From Rhodoglobus sp. (GTDB taxonomy: Bacteria; Actinomycetota; Actinomycetes; Actinomycetales; Microbacteriaceae), in the NCBI GenBank assembly GCA_965279645.1, contig OZ257254.1, positions 362,781 to 426,780 of the forward strand: 64,000 nucleotides of DNA. The letters are read 5' to 3'. Positions 46,553 through 56,224 of this stretch are shown in pieces (within the stretch, counting starts at the first letter, position 1; every line of letters starts with the position of its first letter). The notes beneath the pieces are model-generated. The model saw only the letters and a program-made list of their open reading frames with translations. It had not been told where the DNA came from and searched no databases. The position numbers were made by a program, and so were the translations under genes.

Positions 46553-47653
46553 TTGAATAAGACGCTTGCCGCCGTAGGCGCTTCCGTGCTTGGTCTGGCC
46601 TCGGCCACCATGGTCGGTGCTCCCGCGCAGGCGGGGTTGCCGACCGCTACCGACCCGTGCACCGACATGAACGCGCAGGTAGACGCAACCGGCAAGATCA
46701 CCACGAACTGGTACCAGAACTGCGTGCCTCAGTACGGCTTGGGCAAGGCCGAGTTCAGCATCGTCGCCGATGAGGATGACCCCACCGTCGAGTTTCCCGA
46801 AGGTTTCGTGTCGCTCGAAGAGCTCGACGCCGACGCCTTCTCGACAACGCTCGACCAGGACGCGATTGATACCTACCTCAGTAGTGACTCCAGCGTTCCG
46901 ACCCTGTCGCCCATCACCCCCGTGGTCTCGTTCCTGAATGACCCCACCGTGCAGCGTTACTACGCGGTCGTTGTCGCTCCCGTCGAGTCGATCGAGTTCG
47001 CCGAGGTTCCGAGCGATGAGGCTGCAGCACAGTGCGGCCTGGGAGTCGTCGACTACAGCGGGCGGTGGCGCGCAACGTTCGGCTCGGTCGACACCACGAT
47101 CACCCAGACGGTTGGTGACGAGATCTGGAGCTACACGGTCGAGGCGCAGCCCGCACCCACCTACTTCTTCGGCACGTTCTCGAGCGGTGAGCTTGTGGGG
47201 GACTGGTGCGTTACCGACGGCACTCACACGATCACCTCCGACAACGCCGACTTCACCACAGGCGATCAGCTCTTCGGTCTCGTCTTCAACAGCCTTCCGG
47301 ATGTCGCGGGCGATGGTGTCTTCGGCAGCCTGGGCACCTTCGCCCCGGTCATCTCCGCAGCGCCTCCCGTCGACCCGCCAGTCGACCCTCCCGTAGATCC
47401 TCCGGTCGACCCTCCCGTGGATCCTCCTGTCGACCCGCCGGTAGATCCGCCTGTAGACCCGCCCGTCGACCCCCCGGTTGATCCCGACCCGCCCGTCATC
47501 GACGACGAGCCGGTTGTGCGGCAGGCACTTCCCAACACAGGCGTGAACATTGCCGAGACCGCGGTTCCGGCCGCGATCGCGGGCGGAGTCATCCTGTTGG
47601 GTGGCGGGCTCATCGCGGGCGCCGCGATCAGGCGTCGCCGCAACCGCGTCTAG
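46553..47653 (+). CDS. Secreted sortase-anchored (LPNTG) surface protein with a (VDPP)n stalk
   Basis: TTG 46553 after GGGGGA; signal peptide ending PAQA; LPNTG followed by a TM helix and an RRRRNRV tail. Confidence 0.85.
   Translation: MNKTLAAVGASVLGLASATMVGAPAQAGLPTATDPCTDMNAQVDATGKITTNWYQNCVPQYGLGKAEFSIVADEDDPTVEFPEGFVSLEELDADAFSTTLDQDAIDTYLSSDSSVPTLSPITPVVSFLNDPTVQRYYAVVVAPVESIEFAEVPSDEAAAQCGLGVVDYSGRWRATFGSVDTTITQTVGDEIWSYTVEAQPAPTYFFGTFSSGELVGDWCVTDGTHTITSDNADFTTGDQLFGLVFNSLPDVAGDGVFGSLGTFAPVISAAPPVDPPVDPPVDPPVDPPVDPPVDPPVDPPVDPPVDPPVDPDPPVIDDEPVVRQALPNTGVNIAETAVPAAIAGGVILLGGGLIAGAAIRRRRNRV
47369..47488 (+). repeat. Coding 12-bp repeat: VDPP x9 plus VDPD
   Basis: Ten units read directly; synonymous codons differ between almost all units. 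Confidence 0.95.
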
Positions 47654-49380
47654 TCGTCGTCAGTCTTGCGATGCCGGGGGATCTCTTCCCCGGTGACCGC
47701 ATCGAGCGCGGTTTGCCCCTCGGGCAGGTTCGACAGGTCGGGCGCTATCACCTCGGGCATGCGGCCTGAGTCGGGCAGGCCGAAGGTGGCCTGACGCCCG
47801 AGTCCCGGCGCAAGCACGAGATCGTCGGACCGCTTGGTGAGCGTTTTGCCCCTGAAGAAGTCGGGCTGGCGGATCGCCCAGATGCCCATGAGCACAGCGC
47901 CGATCACGAGGGCGCCGATTCCCACGACGGCGGTTGCCCCGATCCCGAAGATCGTGATGTTGTTGCCGTCGCTGTCGACGAGCCAATCGGGGGTCGCGAA
48001 CTGCACGAGCCCGTATCCAAACACGGCCGCGAGCATGAGCCCGCCCGCGAGCGGGAAGAGCCCGCGCATGATGAAGTTGCGGAACGACGAGGTGAGCGTT
48101 TTGCGGTAGTACCAGACGCATGCGAAGCCGGTCAGCCCGTAGTAGAACGCGATCATCAGGCCGATGGACCCGATGAGAGCGCTCAGCAGGTCGGGGCTGA
48201 TGAGTGTGAAGATCAGGTAGAAGGCGGCCGAGACGATTCCCATGCCGATGGTCGACCAGGTCGGCGTGAGGAACTTCGGGTGGATGCGCGCGAACTTGGC
48301 CGGCACAGCCTTGTAGACGGCCATCGAGAGGGTGGTGCGCGCGGTCGGCAGAATCGTTGTCTGGGTGGATGCAGAAGCCGAGGTCAGGATCGAGGCGGCG
48401 AGCAACAGCAGGAAGATGTGCCCGATCACGCTGTCACCGAACAGCTCAGGACCAATGGCCGAGAACACGTCATCCGCGTTGCCTTCTGCGCCAAGCCCGA
48501 TGCCCTCGGTGCCGACGCCCGCGAACGAGACGGCGGCGACGGTCACGAGCGTGTACGTCACGAGCAGCAGCACCGTGCTGAGGATGGCGGCACGCCCGGG
48601 CGTCTTGGCCGGGTCATCCGATTCCTCGTTGACGCTCACGGCGGTGTCCCATCCCCAGTAGATGAAGATCGCGGTGAGCATGGCGGGAGCGATGATCGAG
48701 CCGAAGTCGAGGGTGAACGGGTTGAACCAGTCGAGGCTCGGCATGATGGAGTAGCTCTCGGCAGTGCCCGAGTACACGCGCACGAGGGCGAAGACGGCAA
48801 ACAGGATGAGCACGACCACCTCGACACTCAGCAGCACGTACTGCAGCCGGGCCGAGATCTCGATACCGCGGTAGCAGATGTAGGTCATGATCGCGATCCA
48901 GGCGAGGCCGGCCACTGTCGACCACAGGGTGCTGTCGGCGAGTTCCGCGACGCCGGGAACGCCCAGCTGTCCCACGAAGGTAAACGAGTACGAGCCAGCG
49001 ATCTGGGCGAGGTTGGCCATGACGATCACGTCGGCGGCGATGATGCCCCAGCCGCCCATCCACCCGGTGATCGGGCCGAACGCGCGGGATGCCCAGGTGA
49101 ACGTGGTGCCGCAGTCGGGCTCGGCCTTGTTGAGCTCCTGGTAGGCGACCGCGATGAGGTACATGGGAATGAACGCGAGCAGCACGATGCCGGGGGCCTT
49201 CACTCCTGCGAGGAGGGCGCCACCGCTCGCGACGATGAAACCGAGGCTCGCCGCGAGACTGTACGCGGGGGCGGTAGACGCGACGCCCACCACCACGCTC
49301 GAGAGCAGCCCGAGGGCTCCGCCCTTGAGCCCTTTGCCATCTACTGCTCCGCCGCTGGCCTGAGTTACGGGTGTTGACAT
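47650..49380 (-). CDS. APC-family amino acid/polyamine permease
   Basis: VASTAPAYSLAASLG, PDCGTTFTWASRAFG, IYWGWDTA..VNEE; multi-TM. True start is ATG 49380. Confidence 0.92.
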   Translation of the reverse strand: MSTPVTQASGGAVDGKGLKGGALGLLSSVVVGVASTAPAYSLAASLGFIVASGGALLAGVKAPGIVLLAFIPMYLIAVAYQELNKAEPDCGTTFTWASRAFGPITGWMGGWGIIAADVIVMANLAQIAGSYSFTFVGQLGVPGVAELADSTLWSTVAGLAWIAIMTYICYRGIEISARLQYVLLSVEVVVLILFAVFALVRVYSGTAESYSIMPSLDWFNPFTLDFGSIIAPAMLTAIFIYWGWDTAVSVNEESDDPAKTPGRAAILSTVLLLVTYTLVTVAAVSFAGVGTEGIGLGAEGNADDVFSAIGPELFGDSVIGHIFLLLLAASILTSASASTQTTILPTARTTLSMAVYKAVPAKFARIHPKFLTPTWSTIGMGIVSAAFYLIFTLISPDLLSALIGSIGLMIAFYYGLTGFACVWYYRKTLTSSFRNFIMRGLFPLAGGLMLAAVFGYGLVQFATPDWLVDSDGNNITIFGIGATAVVGIGALVIGAVLMGIWAIRQPDFFRGKTLTKRSDDLVLAPGLGRQATFGLPDSGRMPEVIAPDLSNLPEGQTALDAVTGEEIPRHRKTDDD

Positions 49381-49506
49381 GGTTTCCGCCTTCGTTGCCG
49401 TGGCCCCGGAGGGTGCGGTGCCCTGAGGTGTGAGGCTGGAAAATCTACTCCCGCACACGGCCCGAGAACAATGAGTATACCCAACTGACCGCCGTAGGAT
49501 CGGCTC

Positions 49507-50655
49507 ATGACCAAGACAGCGGTGCACTTCGGGGCTGGGAATATTGGGCGTGGCTTCGTCGCGCAGTTTTTGCACGAAAGCGGGTACGAAGTCGTCTTTG
49601 CCGACGTGAGCGAAGAGCTCATTGGTGCCTTGCAGAAACAGCCGAGCTACCTGGTGATCGAGGTCGGCGAAGGAGCCGTCACCAAGATCGTCGACAACTA
49701 CCGCGCGATCAACTCGAAGAGTCACGAGGCCGACGTCATAGCGGCCATCGCATCGGCCGATGTCGTCACGACCGCGGTCGGCGCGCGCATCCTGCAGTTT
49801 GTTGCGCCCGTAATCGCGAAGGGACTTGCGGCTCGTGAGAACAGCGAGCCGCTCGTGGTGATCGCCTGCGAGAACGCGATCGGCGGCACCGACATGCTTG
49901 CTGCTGAGGTGCGCAAGCACGACCCCGCGACGAACGCGATCTTCGCGAACTGTGCGATCGACCGCATCGTGCCCGAGCAGTCGGGTGGGCTGGATGTCAC
50001 GATCGAGTCGTTTTTTGAGTGGGTCGTAGACAAGTCCCCGTTCCCTGAGGCGCTCGAAGGGAGCGGCAAGCAACTGCCCGACATCTACGGCATCACCTGG
50101 GTCGACGACCTCGAGCCATTCATCGAGCGCAAGCTCTTCACCGTCAACACGGCGCACGCAGCGGCGGCCTACCACGGCATCGACCGTGGCTGGGTCTCGA
50201 TTCGTGAGGCGCTCGCGACTCCCGAGCTGCAGGCCGAGATCCGCGCCGTGCTCGCCGAGACCAAAGAACTGCTCGTGGTCAAGCACGGCTTCGATCCCGA
50301 CGAACAGCAGGCCTACATCGAGAAGACGCTCAAGCGCATTTCGAACCCCGCCTTGCCCGACACGTGTGAGCGCGTCGGCCGCGGTCCATTGCGCAAGCTG
50401 TCGCGTCACGAGCGGTTCATTGGTCCCGCGGCAGAGCTCGCCGAGCGCGGCCTTGAGGTGTGGAACCTGCTCAACGCTGTCGGAGCAGCGCTTCGGTTCG
50501 ATGTCGAAGAAGATGCCGAGAGCGTAGAACTGCAGGCGTTGCTCTCGGGCGGGGCGCCGGCGGATGCCCTGGCCGAGACCATCACGGGACTTGAGCCGAG
50601 TCATCCACTCTTCCCGTATGTTGTCGAGGTCATCGAGCTGCGACTGAATCGATGA
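49507..50655 (+). CDS. mtlD: Mannitol-1-phosphate 5-dehydrogenase
   Basis: AVHFGAGNIGRGF, VTTAVG, IACEN, IDRIVP, ERKLFTVNTAHA, RVGRGPLRKLS..ERFIGP. Confidence 0.95.
   Translation: MTKTAVHFGAGNIGRGFVAQFLHESGYEVVFADVSEELIGALQKQPSYLVIEVGEGAVTKIVDNYRAINSKSHEADVIAAIASADVVTTAVGARILQFVAPVIAKGLAARENSEPLVVIACENAIGGTDMLAAEVRKHDPATNAIFANCAIDRIVPEQSGGLDVTIESFFEWVVDKSPFPEALEGSGKQLPDIYGITWVDDLEPFIERKLFTVNTAHAAAAYHGIDRGWVSIREALATPELQAEIRAVLAETKELLVVKHGFDPDEQQAYIEKTLKRISNPALPDTCERVGRGPLRKLSRHERFIGPAAELAERGLEVWNLLNAVGAALRFDVEEDAESVELQALLSGGAPADALAETITGLEPSHPLFPYVVEVIELRLNR
50037..50062 (+). repeat. Family A REP half-site inside mtlD (in frame, PFPEALEG)
   Basis: 24/26 identical to the reverse complement of 28311-28336. 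Confidence 0.85.
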
Positions 50656-51071
50656 CGGCCGACATCGACGACGACTCTGAGGCCCTCGCCTGGGCGGGTG
50701 ACGATCGACTCAACCCCGAGCCACTCAAACGCGCAGACCCCGAGGAGCAGGTTGAGGTCGACGACAGTGCCTCCGACGCCGCCAGGCCCATGCCCGCGCC
50801 GCTTCTCGTCACGTACGGCATCCTCGCCGGGTTTTACCTGATCTACACCGTCGGCTGGGTGATCACCGTGACGCGATCGACCCTGACCCAGGGCGACCTG
50901 CTCGCCGAGATCATGTTCCAGCTGGGGGAGTTTCTCGCGATCGCGAGCCCCGCCATCTGGTTCGGCGCGGTGCTCTACCTCACGCGCGGGCGTCGCCCGG
51001 TCGTGCGACTTCTGCTCTTGCTCGCGGGTCTCGTCGCTACGCTTCCGTGGCCGCTTCTGTTGGGAGTCTGA
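50652..51071 (+). CDS. Hypothetical membrane protein with acidic N-terminus
   Basis: ATGA-coupled to mtlD; about 3 TMs. Confidence 0.75.
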   Translation: MTADIDDDSEALAWAGDDRLNPEPLKRADPEEQVEVDDSASDAARPMPAPLLVTYGILAGFYLIYTVGWVITVTRSTLTQGDLLAEIMFQLGEFLAIASPAIWFGAVLYLTRGRRPVVRLLLLLAGLVATLPWPLLLGV

Positions 51072-51072
51072 G

Positions 51073-51453
51073 ATGACTGACACCACGTTCCCCGAGGCTC
51101 TCGAAGGGAAAAGCCCGAGAAGCTACGGCTTTCTATCCCTCACGATCGCGGCGGCGTTCGGCCTGTTTTTTGCCTACGACCTGTGGGAGGCGGTCTCGAC
51201 CCTCATCGCCCTTCCCCAGTTCTATTCGGCCTTCGGCCTCGACGCCTCCTACATTCCGTGGTGGCTGCTGTGGCTCGGTGTGCTGATTCCCCCCGTGCTG
51301 TACGGGCTGGCGCTGCTGATCGGTCGCAAGCAGGGCGTGCTTGCGCGCACCCTCATCCTTCTCGTGGGTCTCGCGTTGTCGGCGGCACTCAGCCTCAGCG
51401 CGATCGCGCTCGAGCAGGTGCTGCGGCCCGAGTTGATCGCCGTTATCGGTTAG
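51073..51453 (+). CDS. Hypothetical membrane protein
   Basis: About 3 TMs (FAYDLWEAV); starts 1 nt after the previous stop. Confidence 0.75.
   Translation: MTDTTFPEALEGKSPRSYGFLSLTIAAAFGLFFAYDLWEAVSTLIALPQFYSAFGLDASYIPWWLLWLGVLIPPVLYGLALLIGRKQGVLARTLILLVGLALSAALSLSAIALEQVLRPELIAVIG
51086..51110 (+). repeat. Family A REP half-site inside the 51073 gene (in frame, FPEALEG)
   Basis: cgttccccgaggctctcgaagggaa, 23/25 identical to the family A arm. Confidence 0.85.
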
Positions 51454-51827
51454 GCGATCGCAACCAGAATCAGCACAATCAGCGCAAGCTGGGCGAAGTA
51501 GCGTCGCCAAAACGGGATCGCTGCACGCCCGAAGCGCTCGGGATGCTCGGCAGCGAAGGCATTCGCCGGAAACACCGCAATGAGAAACACGATGAGCGCA
51601 ATGCCCGCGGCGAATCGCACCTGCGGGATCAGCAGCCCTATCCCGCCAGCGATCTCGCACAACCCGGTGAGTCGCACGAGCGTCTTGCCGCTCACGCGCT
51701 GCTTGAGAGCGGGCGGGATGATCGCCGCCATGCCTTTGGCGGCGGCCGGCAGGAAGTGGGCCACTCCCATTCCCACGAAGATCAGGGCGAGCGCGATGCG
51801 GATGACCCACTGCAATGTCTCGACCAT
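51450..51827 (-). CDS. DoxX-family membrane protein
   Basis: GVAHF..MAAIIP, TGLCEIAGGIGLL, VFPAN. Confidence 0.85.
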   Translation of the reverse strand: MVETLQWVIRIALALIFVGMGVAHFLPAAAKGMAAIIPPALKQRVSGKTLVRLTGLCEIAGGIGLLIPQVRFAAGIALIVFLIAVFPANAFAAEHPERFGRAAIPFWRRYFAQLALIVLILVAIA

Positions 51828-51945
51828 GTCACTATCGTCGCATCCGGAGGTCACATGGCGGTCGGGCTTGCGCCACCGCAGTAAAGTGGCTTGCGTTGCG
51901 CCAACAAGCGCCGGACACCCTCTCCCCAACTGAAGGACTCGATCC

Positions 51946-53538
51946 GTGGCCAAGCCGATCGTGCTGATCGCAGAAGAACTTTCCCCCGCTACCGTTGAGG
52001 CCCTCGGCCCCGACTTCGACATTCGCTCCGTGGATGGCACCGATCGACCAGCGCTGCTCGCGGCTCTCGCCGACGCGAGCGCCATCCTGATCCGCTCCGC
52101 CACCAACGTCGATGCCGAAGCGATTGCTGCTGCCAAGCAGCTCAAGGTTGTCGCGAGAGCTGGGGTTGGTCTCGACAACGTCGACATCAAGACGGCTACC
52201 GAAGCCGGCGTGATGGTCGTCAATGCTCCAACGTCGAACATCATCTCGGCCGCCGAGCTCACGGTCGGTCACATCCTGAGCCTCGCCCGCCACATCCCTG
52301 CGGCGCACGCTAGCCTCGCTGCCGGCACGTGGGCACGCAGCAAGTACACCGGTGTCGAGCTGTTCGAGAAGACCGTGGGCATCATCGGCCTCGGTCGCAT
52401 CGGTGCGCTCATTACCGCTCGCCTCCAGGCATTCGGAATGAACGTCGTCGCGTACGACCCCTATGTCACGAGCGCGCGCGCCCAGCAGCTCGGCGTCACG
52501 TTGCTGACCCTCGACGAGCTTCTCTCCCAGAGCGACTTCATCTCAATCCACATGCCCAAGACCCCCGAGACCACGGGCATGATCTCGACCGATCAACTCG
52601 CTCTCATGAAGCCCACCTCGTTCATCGTGAACGTTGCCCGCGGCGGCCTCATTGACGAGGCCGCTCTCTATGTGGCCCTCAAGTCGCACCGCATCGCGGG
52701 CGCCGGTCTCGACGTGTTCGTCTCCGAGCCGCCCACGGCATCGCCGCTGCTCGAGCTCGACAACGTCGTGCTCACCCCGCACCTCGGTGCCTCCACAGAT
52801 GAGGCGCAGGAGAAGGCGGGCGTATCGGTCGCGCGCTCCGTGCGGCTCGCCCTCGACGGCGAGCTCGTTCCCGACGCCGTCAACGTCGCGGGTGGCCTCA
52901 TCGACCCGAGCGTGCGCCCGGGCATCCCGCTCATGGAGAAGCTCGGCCAGGTGTTTGCGGGCCTCGCGGGTTCGCCCATCACGAGCGTCGATGTCGAGGT
53001 TCGCGGTGAGATCGTCGAATTCGACGTGAGCGTGCTCAAGCTCGCGGCCCTCAAGGGCATCTTCTCGAACACCGTGAGCGAGTCGGTGAGCTACGTCAAC
53101 GCGCCCATCCTGGCCGAGGCTCGTGGCATCACCGTGCGGCTCATCACCGACGCGGCGAGCGACGAGTATCGCAACCTGCTCACGATCCGCGGCGCGCTGA
53201 GCGACGGCTCACAGATCTCCGTCTCGGGAACCCTAACGGGCACCAAGCAGACCCAGAAGATCGTGGAGATCAACGGTTACGACGTCGAGGTTCCGGTAGC
53301 GGAACACCTCATCGTGATGGTTTACACCGACCGCCCCGGCATTGTTGCGGTGTACGGCAAAGAGTTTGGCGAGGCATCCATCAACATCGCTGGGATGCAG
53401 ATCGCGCGCCAGAGTGCGGGTGGCCAGGCCCTGTCGGTGCTGACGGTGGATTCACCGGTTCCGGATGACCTGCTCGAGAAGGTCCGCGTCGCAATCGACG
53501 CAGACCTCCTTCGAGAGATCGATATCGTCGACGCTTAG
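51946..53538 (+). CDS. serA: D-3-phosphoglycerate dehydrogenase with ASB/ACT domains
   Basis: RAGVGLDNVD, GLGRIG, NVARGG, TPHLGAST, DRPGIV (ACT). Confidence 0.97.
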   Translation: MAKPIVLIAEELSPATVEALGPDFDIRSVDGTDRPALLAALADASAILIRSATNVDAEAIAAAKQLKVVARAGVGLDNVDIKTATEAGVMVVNAPTSNIISAAELTVGHILSLARHIPAAHASLAAGTWARSKYTGVELFEKTVGIIGLGRIGALITARLQAFGMNVVAYDPYVTSARAQQLGVTLLTLDELLSQSDFISIHMPKTPETTGMISTDQLALMKPTSFIVNVARGGLIDEAALYVALKSHRIAGAGLDVFVSEPPTASPLLELDNVVLTPHLGASTDEAQEKAGVSVARSVRLALDGELVPDAVNVAGGLIDPSVRPGIPLMEKLGQVFAGLAGSPITSVDVEVRGEIVEFDVSVLKLAALKGIFSNTVSESVSYVNAPILAEARGITVRLITDAASDEYRNLLTIRGALSDGSQISVSGTLTGTKQTQKIVEINGYDVEVPVAEHLIVMVYTDRPGIVAVYGKEFGEASINIAGMQIARQSAGGQALSVLTVDSPVPDDLLEKVRVAIDADLLREIDIVDA

Positions 53539-53564
53539 GCGCCCATCGCCCCCGAGCCCGAGAT

Positions 53565-53621
53565 CGAACTGACGCAGACCGCGGCTCTGGGCATACCAAA
53601 GCGACGATCTGCGTCAGGTCG
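53565..53621. terminator. Inverted repeat between convergent serA and the DUF6458-like gene
   Basis: cgaactgacgcaga (53565-53578) pairs with tctgcgtcaggtcg (53608-53621), one mismatch, 29-nt loop. Confidence 0.45.
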
Positions 53622-53641
53622 ACAGCGTTAGGCGGTCTCGG

Positions 53642-53902
53642 TTAGACGGTCTCGTCGGGGGTGACCGAGGTGCGGCGCTCCGTGACGTTTCCGCCGCTCA
53701 CCGGGTCAACACCCGAGTGCACGGTGGTCACCGACTGGCGCTTGCGTGCCATGAGGATGATTCCAATGATGAAGACGATGAATCCGGCACCCATCAGCAG
53801 GTAGCCGACGAGGTCGAGGTCGATCCAGTCCAGCTGGAGGTTGAGCGCAAAGGTAAGAACTGCGCCGATAACAAACAAAACAATTCCGGTTCCAATACTC
53901 AT
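53642..53902 (-). CDS. Small membrane protein (DUF6458-like)
   Basis: MSIGTGIVLFVIGAVLTFAL..WIDLDLVGYLLMGAG. Confidence 0.8.
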   Translation of the reverse strand: MSIGTGIVLFVIGAVLTFALNLQLDWIDLDLVGYLLMGAGFIVFIIGIILMARKRQSVTTVHSGVDPVSGGNVTERRTSVTPDETV

Positions 53903-54051
53903 GGTCCACACGCTAGCCCGGCGCTTGGCGGGACCCCCGGGGGTTGTTTTCTGTCGCACAGGTGCGCTAGAGGCTCTCCGTGTCCGTCGCGCTGGCGACG
54001 AGACCACGCATACGCGCGAACGACGAGCATTTCGACAACTACTGTAAATAC

Positions 54052-55095
54052 ATGCCCAGCACCCTCAATCTTGCAGTGATTCCCGGCGACGGTATCGGTC
54101 CGGAGGTGATTGCAGAGGCCCTCAAGGTGCTGCACGCGACCGGCGTCGATGTGCGCACCACCGAATACCCGTTTGGTGCGGGGCACTACCTGGCCACGGG
54201 CACGATCCTCGAGCAGAGCGACCTCGACGCCCTCAGCGCGCACGATGCCATCCTGCTCGGCGCCGTCGGGGGAGACCCGCAGGATCCGCGGCTGAAGGGC
54301 GGCATCATCGAGCGCGGCCTGCTCCTCAAGCTGCGATTCGCCCTCGACCACTATGTCAACCTGCGTCCCACCACGATCTTCCCGGGCGTGACATCGCCGC
54401 TCGCCGAGCCCGGCGCCGTCGACTTCGTCGTGGTGCGCGAGGGAACCGAAGGCCCCTACGTGGGCAACGGCGGCGCGATTCGCGTGGGTACACCGCAGGA
54501 AGTCGCTAACGAGGTATCCGTCAACACGGCGTTCGGCGTCGCGCGCGTCGTGCGCTTCGCGTTCGAGCAGGCGGCCAAGCGCCGCGGAAAGCTCACGCTC
54601 GTGCACAAGACGAACGTGCTCACCCACGCTGGCGGGCTGTGGCAGCGCCTCGTGCAGGCAGAAGCAGCCAATTTTCCCTCCGTGGACTGGGATTACCTCC
54701 ACGTTGACGCTGCAACGATCTTCCTCGTGACGAACCCTGCTAGATTCGACGTCATCGTCACGGACAACCTCTTTGGCGACATCCTCACCGATCTCGCTGC
54801 CGCTATCAGCGGCGGCATCGGACTGGCGGCCTCGGGCAACATCAATCCGGATGGCACCTATCCCTCGATGTTTGAACCCGTGCACGGCTCGGCTCCCGAC
54901 ATCGCTGGCAAGCAGTTGGCCGACCCCACTGCCGCGATCCTCTCTGTTGCACTGCTGCTCGCCAACCAGGGCGAAGCGGATGCCGCAGCACGGGTCACGG
55001 CGGCGGTCGAAGCCGATCTTGCCGCTCGAGGCACCGCGAAGCGCAGCACCACCGAAATCGGCGACGCCATTGCGCTCGCCGTGACGCAGAATTGA
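54052..55095 (+). CDS. leuB: 3-isopropylmalate dehydrogenase
   Basis: [44 protein letters not shown]. Confidence 0.95.
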   Translation: MPSTLNLAVIPGDGIGPEVIAEALKVLHATGVDVRTTEYPFGAGHYLATGTILEQSDLDALSAHDAILLGAVGGDPQDPRLKGGIIERGLLLKLRFALDHYVNLRPTTIFPGVTSPLAEPGAVDFVVVREGTEGPYVGNGGAIRVGTPQEVANEVSVNTAFGVARVVRFAFEQAAKRRGKLTLVHKTNVLTHAGGLWQRLVQAEAANFPSVDWDYLHVDAATIFLVTNPARFDVIVTDNLFGDILTDLAAAISGGIGLAASGNINPDGTYPSMFEPVHGSAPDIAGKQLADPTAAILSVALLLANQGEADAAARVTAAVEADLAARGTAKRSTTEIGDAIALAVTQN

Positions 55096-55114
55096 ATTGA
55101 CCTAAGGACGCACC

Positions 55115-56221
55115 ATGAAGAACCTCCTCGCACCAGCGACCCTGCAGTTTCTCGTCAAGCCGAACACCGAAGCGCGCTCGGCCGCCGAGCACGCCGACAT
55201 CATCGCCGAGCCGGGGTTCGGCCAGCACTTCACCGATCACATGGTCGACATCTGCTGGAGCGAGCAGGGCGGATGGCATCGCCCGCGGGTTCAGCCATAC
55301 GGGCCGATCTCACTCGACCCCGCCGCCGCGGTGCTGCACTACGCGCAGGAGGTGTTCGAGGGCCTCAAGGCGTACCGGCACGCCGACGGTGGCATCTACA
55401 CGTTCCGCCCCGAGAAGAACGCGGAGCGCATGAAGCGCTCGGCCGCTCGCCTCGCGCTGCCCGAACTGCCCACCGAATACTTCATCGAGTCGCTGCGCCA
55501 GCTCATCGCTGTGGATGCCCGCTGGGTGCCCACGGCCGAAGACACGAGCCTGTACCTGCGCCCCTTCATGTTCGCGAAGGAGGCTTTTCTCGGTGTGCGC
55601 CCCGCGAAGAAGGTCAACTACTACGTGATCGCGAGCCCCGCCGGCGCCTACTTCAGCGGGGGAGTTGCCCCCGTGTCGATCTGGGTGTCGACCGACTACG
55701 CACGCGCTGGCAAGGGCGGAACGGGCGCGGCAAAGACGGGCGGCAACTACGCTTCGTCGCTCGTCGCCCAGCAGGAGGCGTACGACCACGGCTGCGCCCA
55801 GGTGCTGTTCCTCGATGCAGAGAAGAGCGAGTACCTCGAAGAACTCGGCGGAATGAACGTGGTCTTCGTCTACAAAGACGGCCGCGTCGTGACGCCCGAG
55901 TCGTCGAGCATCCTCGAGGGCATCACGCTCGACTCGATCCTGCAGCTCGCGAAAGACCGCGGGTTGAAGGTCGAGCAACGCAAGGTGAGCATCACCGAGG
56001 TGCGCGAGGGTGTGGCATCCGGCGACATCGTGGAGATGTTTGCCTGCGGCACCGCTGCGGTCATCGTTCCGATCGCAGCGTTCAAGGCGGATGACTACAC
56101 GATCGGCGACCCGGAGGCCCCCGCGGGCGAACTCACGATGTCACTGCGCGACGAGCTCACCGACATTCAGTACGGCCGCATCCCCGACCGTCACGGCTGG
56201 CTCACCCGCCTCGACGCGTAG
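55115..56221 (+). CDS. ilvE: Branched-chain amino acid aminotransferase
   Basis: LHYAQEVFEGLKAY, GAAKTGGNY (PLP Lys), EELGGMN, ILEGIT, GTAAVI. Confidence 0.96.
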   Translation: MKNLLAPATLQFLVKPNTEARSAAEHADIIAEPGFGQHFTDHMVDICWSEQGGWHRPRVQPYGPISLDPAAAVLHYAQEVFEGLKAYRHADGGIYTFRPEKNAERMKRSAARLALPELPTEYFIESLRQLIAVDARWVPTAEDTSLYLRPFMFAKEAFLGVRPAKKVNYYVIASPAGAYFSGGVAPVSIWVSTDYARAGKGGTGAAKTGGNYASSLVAQQEAYDHGCAQVLFLDAEKSEYLEELGGMNVVFVYKDGRVVTPESSSILEGITLDSILQLAKDRGLKVEQRKVSITEVREGVASGDIVEMFACGTAAVIVPIAAFKADDYTIGDPEAPAGELTMSLRDELTDIQYGRIPDRHGWLTRLDA

Positions 56222-56224
56222 CAG

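Noticed and set aside
47369-47488. Regular 12-bp periodic DNA as a non-coding array
   Set aside because: Fully explained as coding VDPP repeats; variation is at synonymous positions.
49381-49500. Riboswitch in the APC permease leader
   Set aside because: No recognisable glycine, lysine, SAM or T-box consensus by eye; an Rfam scan would be needed.
47650-50604. 984-aa minus-strand ORF that looks like a giant fusion
   Set aside because: The first 408 codons are the antisense shadow of mtlD plus intergenic DNA; the real APC permease starts at ATG 49380.
53648-53666. ggtc...gacc palindrome resembling family B at the end of the DUF6458-like gene
   Set aside because: 15/19 match with a divergent core; explained by coding sequence (VTPDET).
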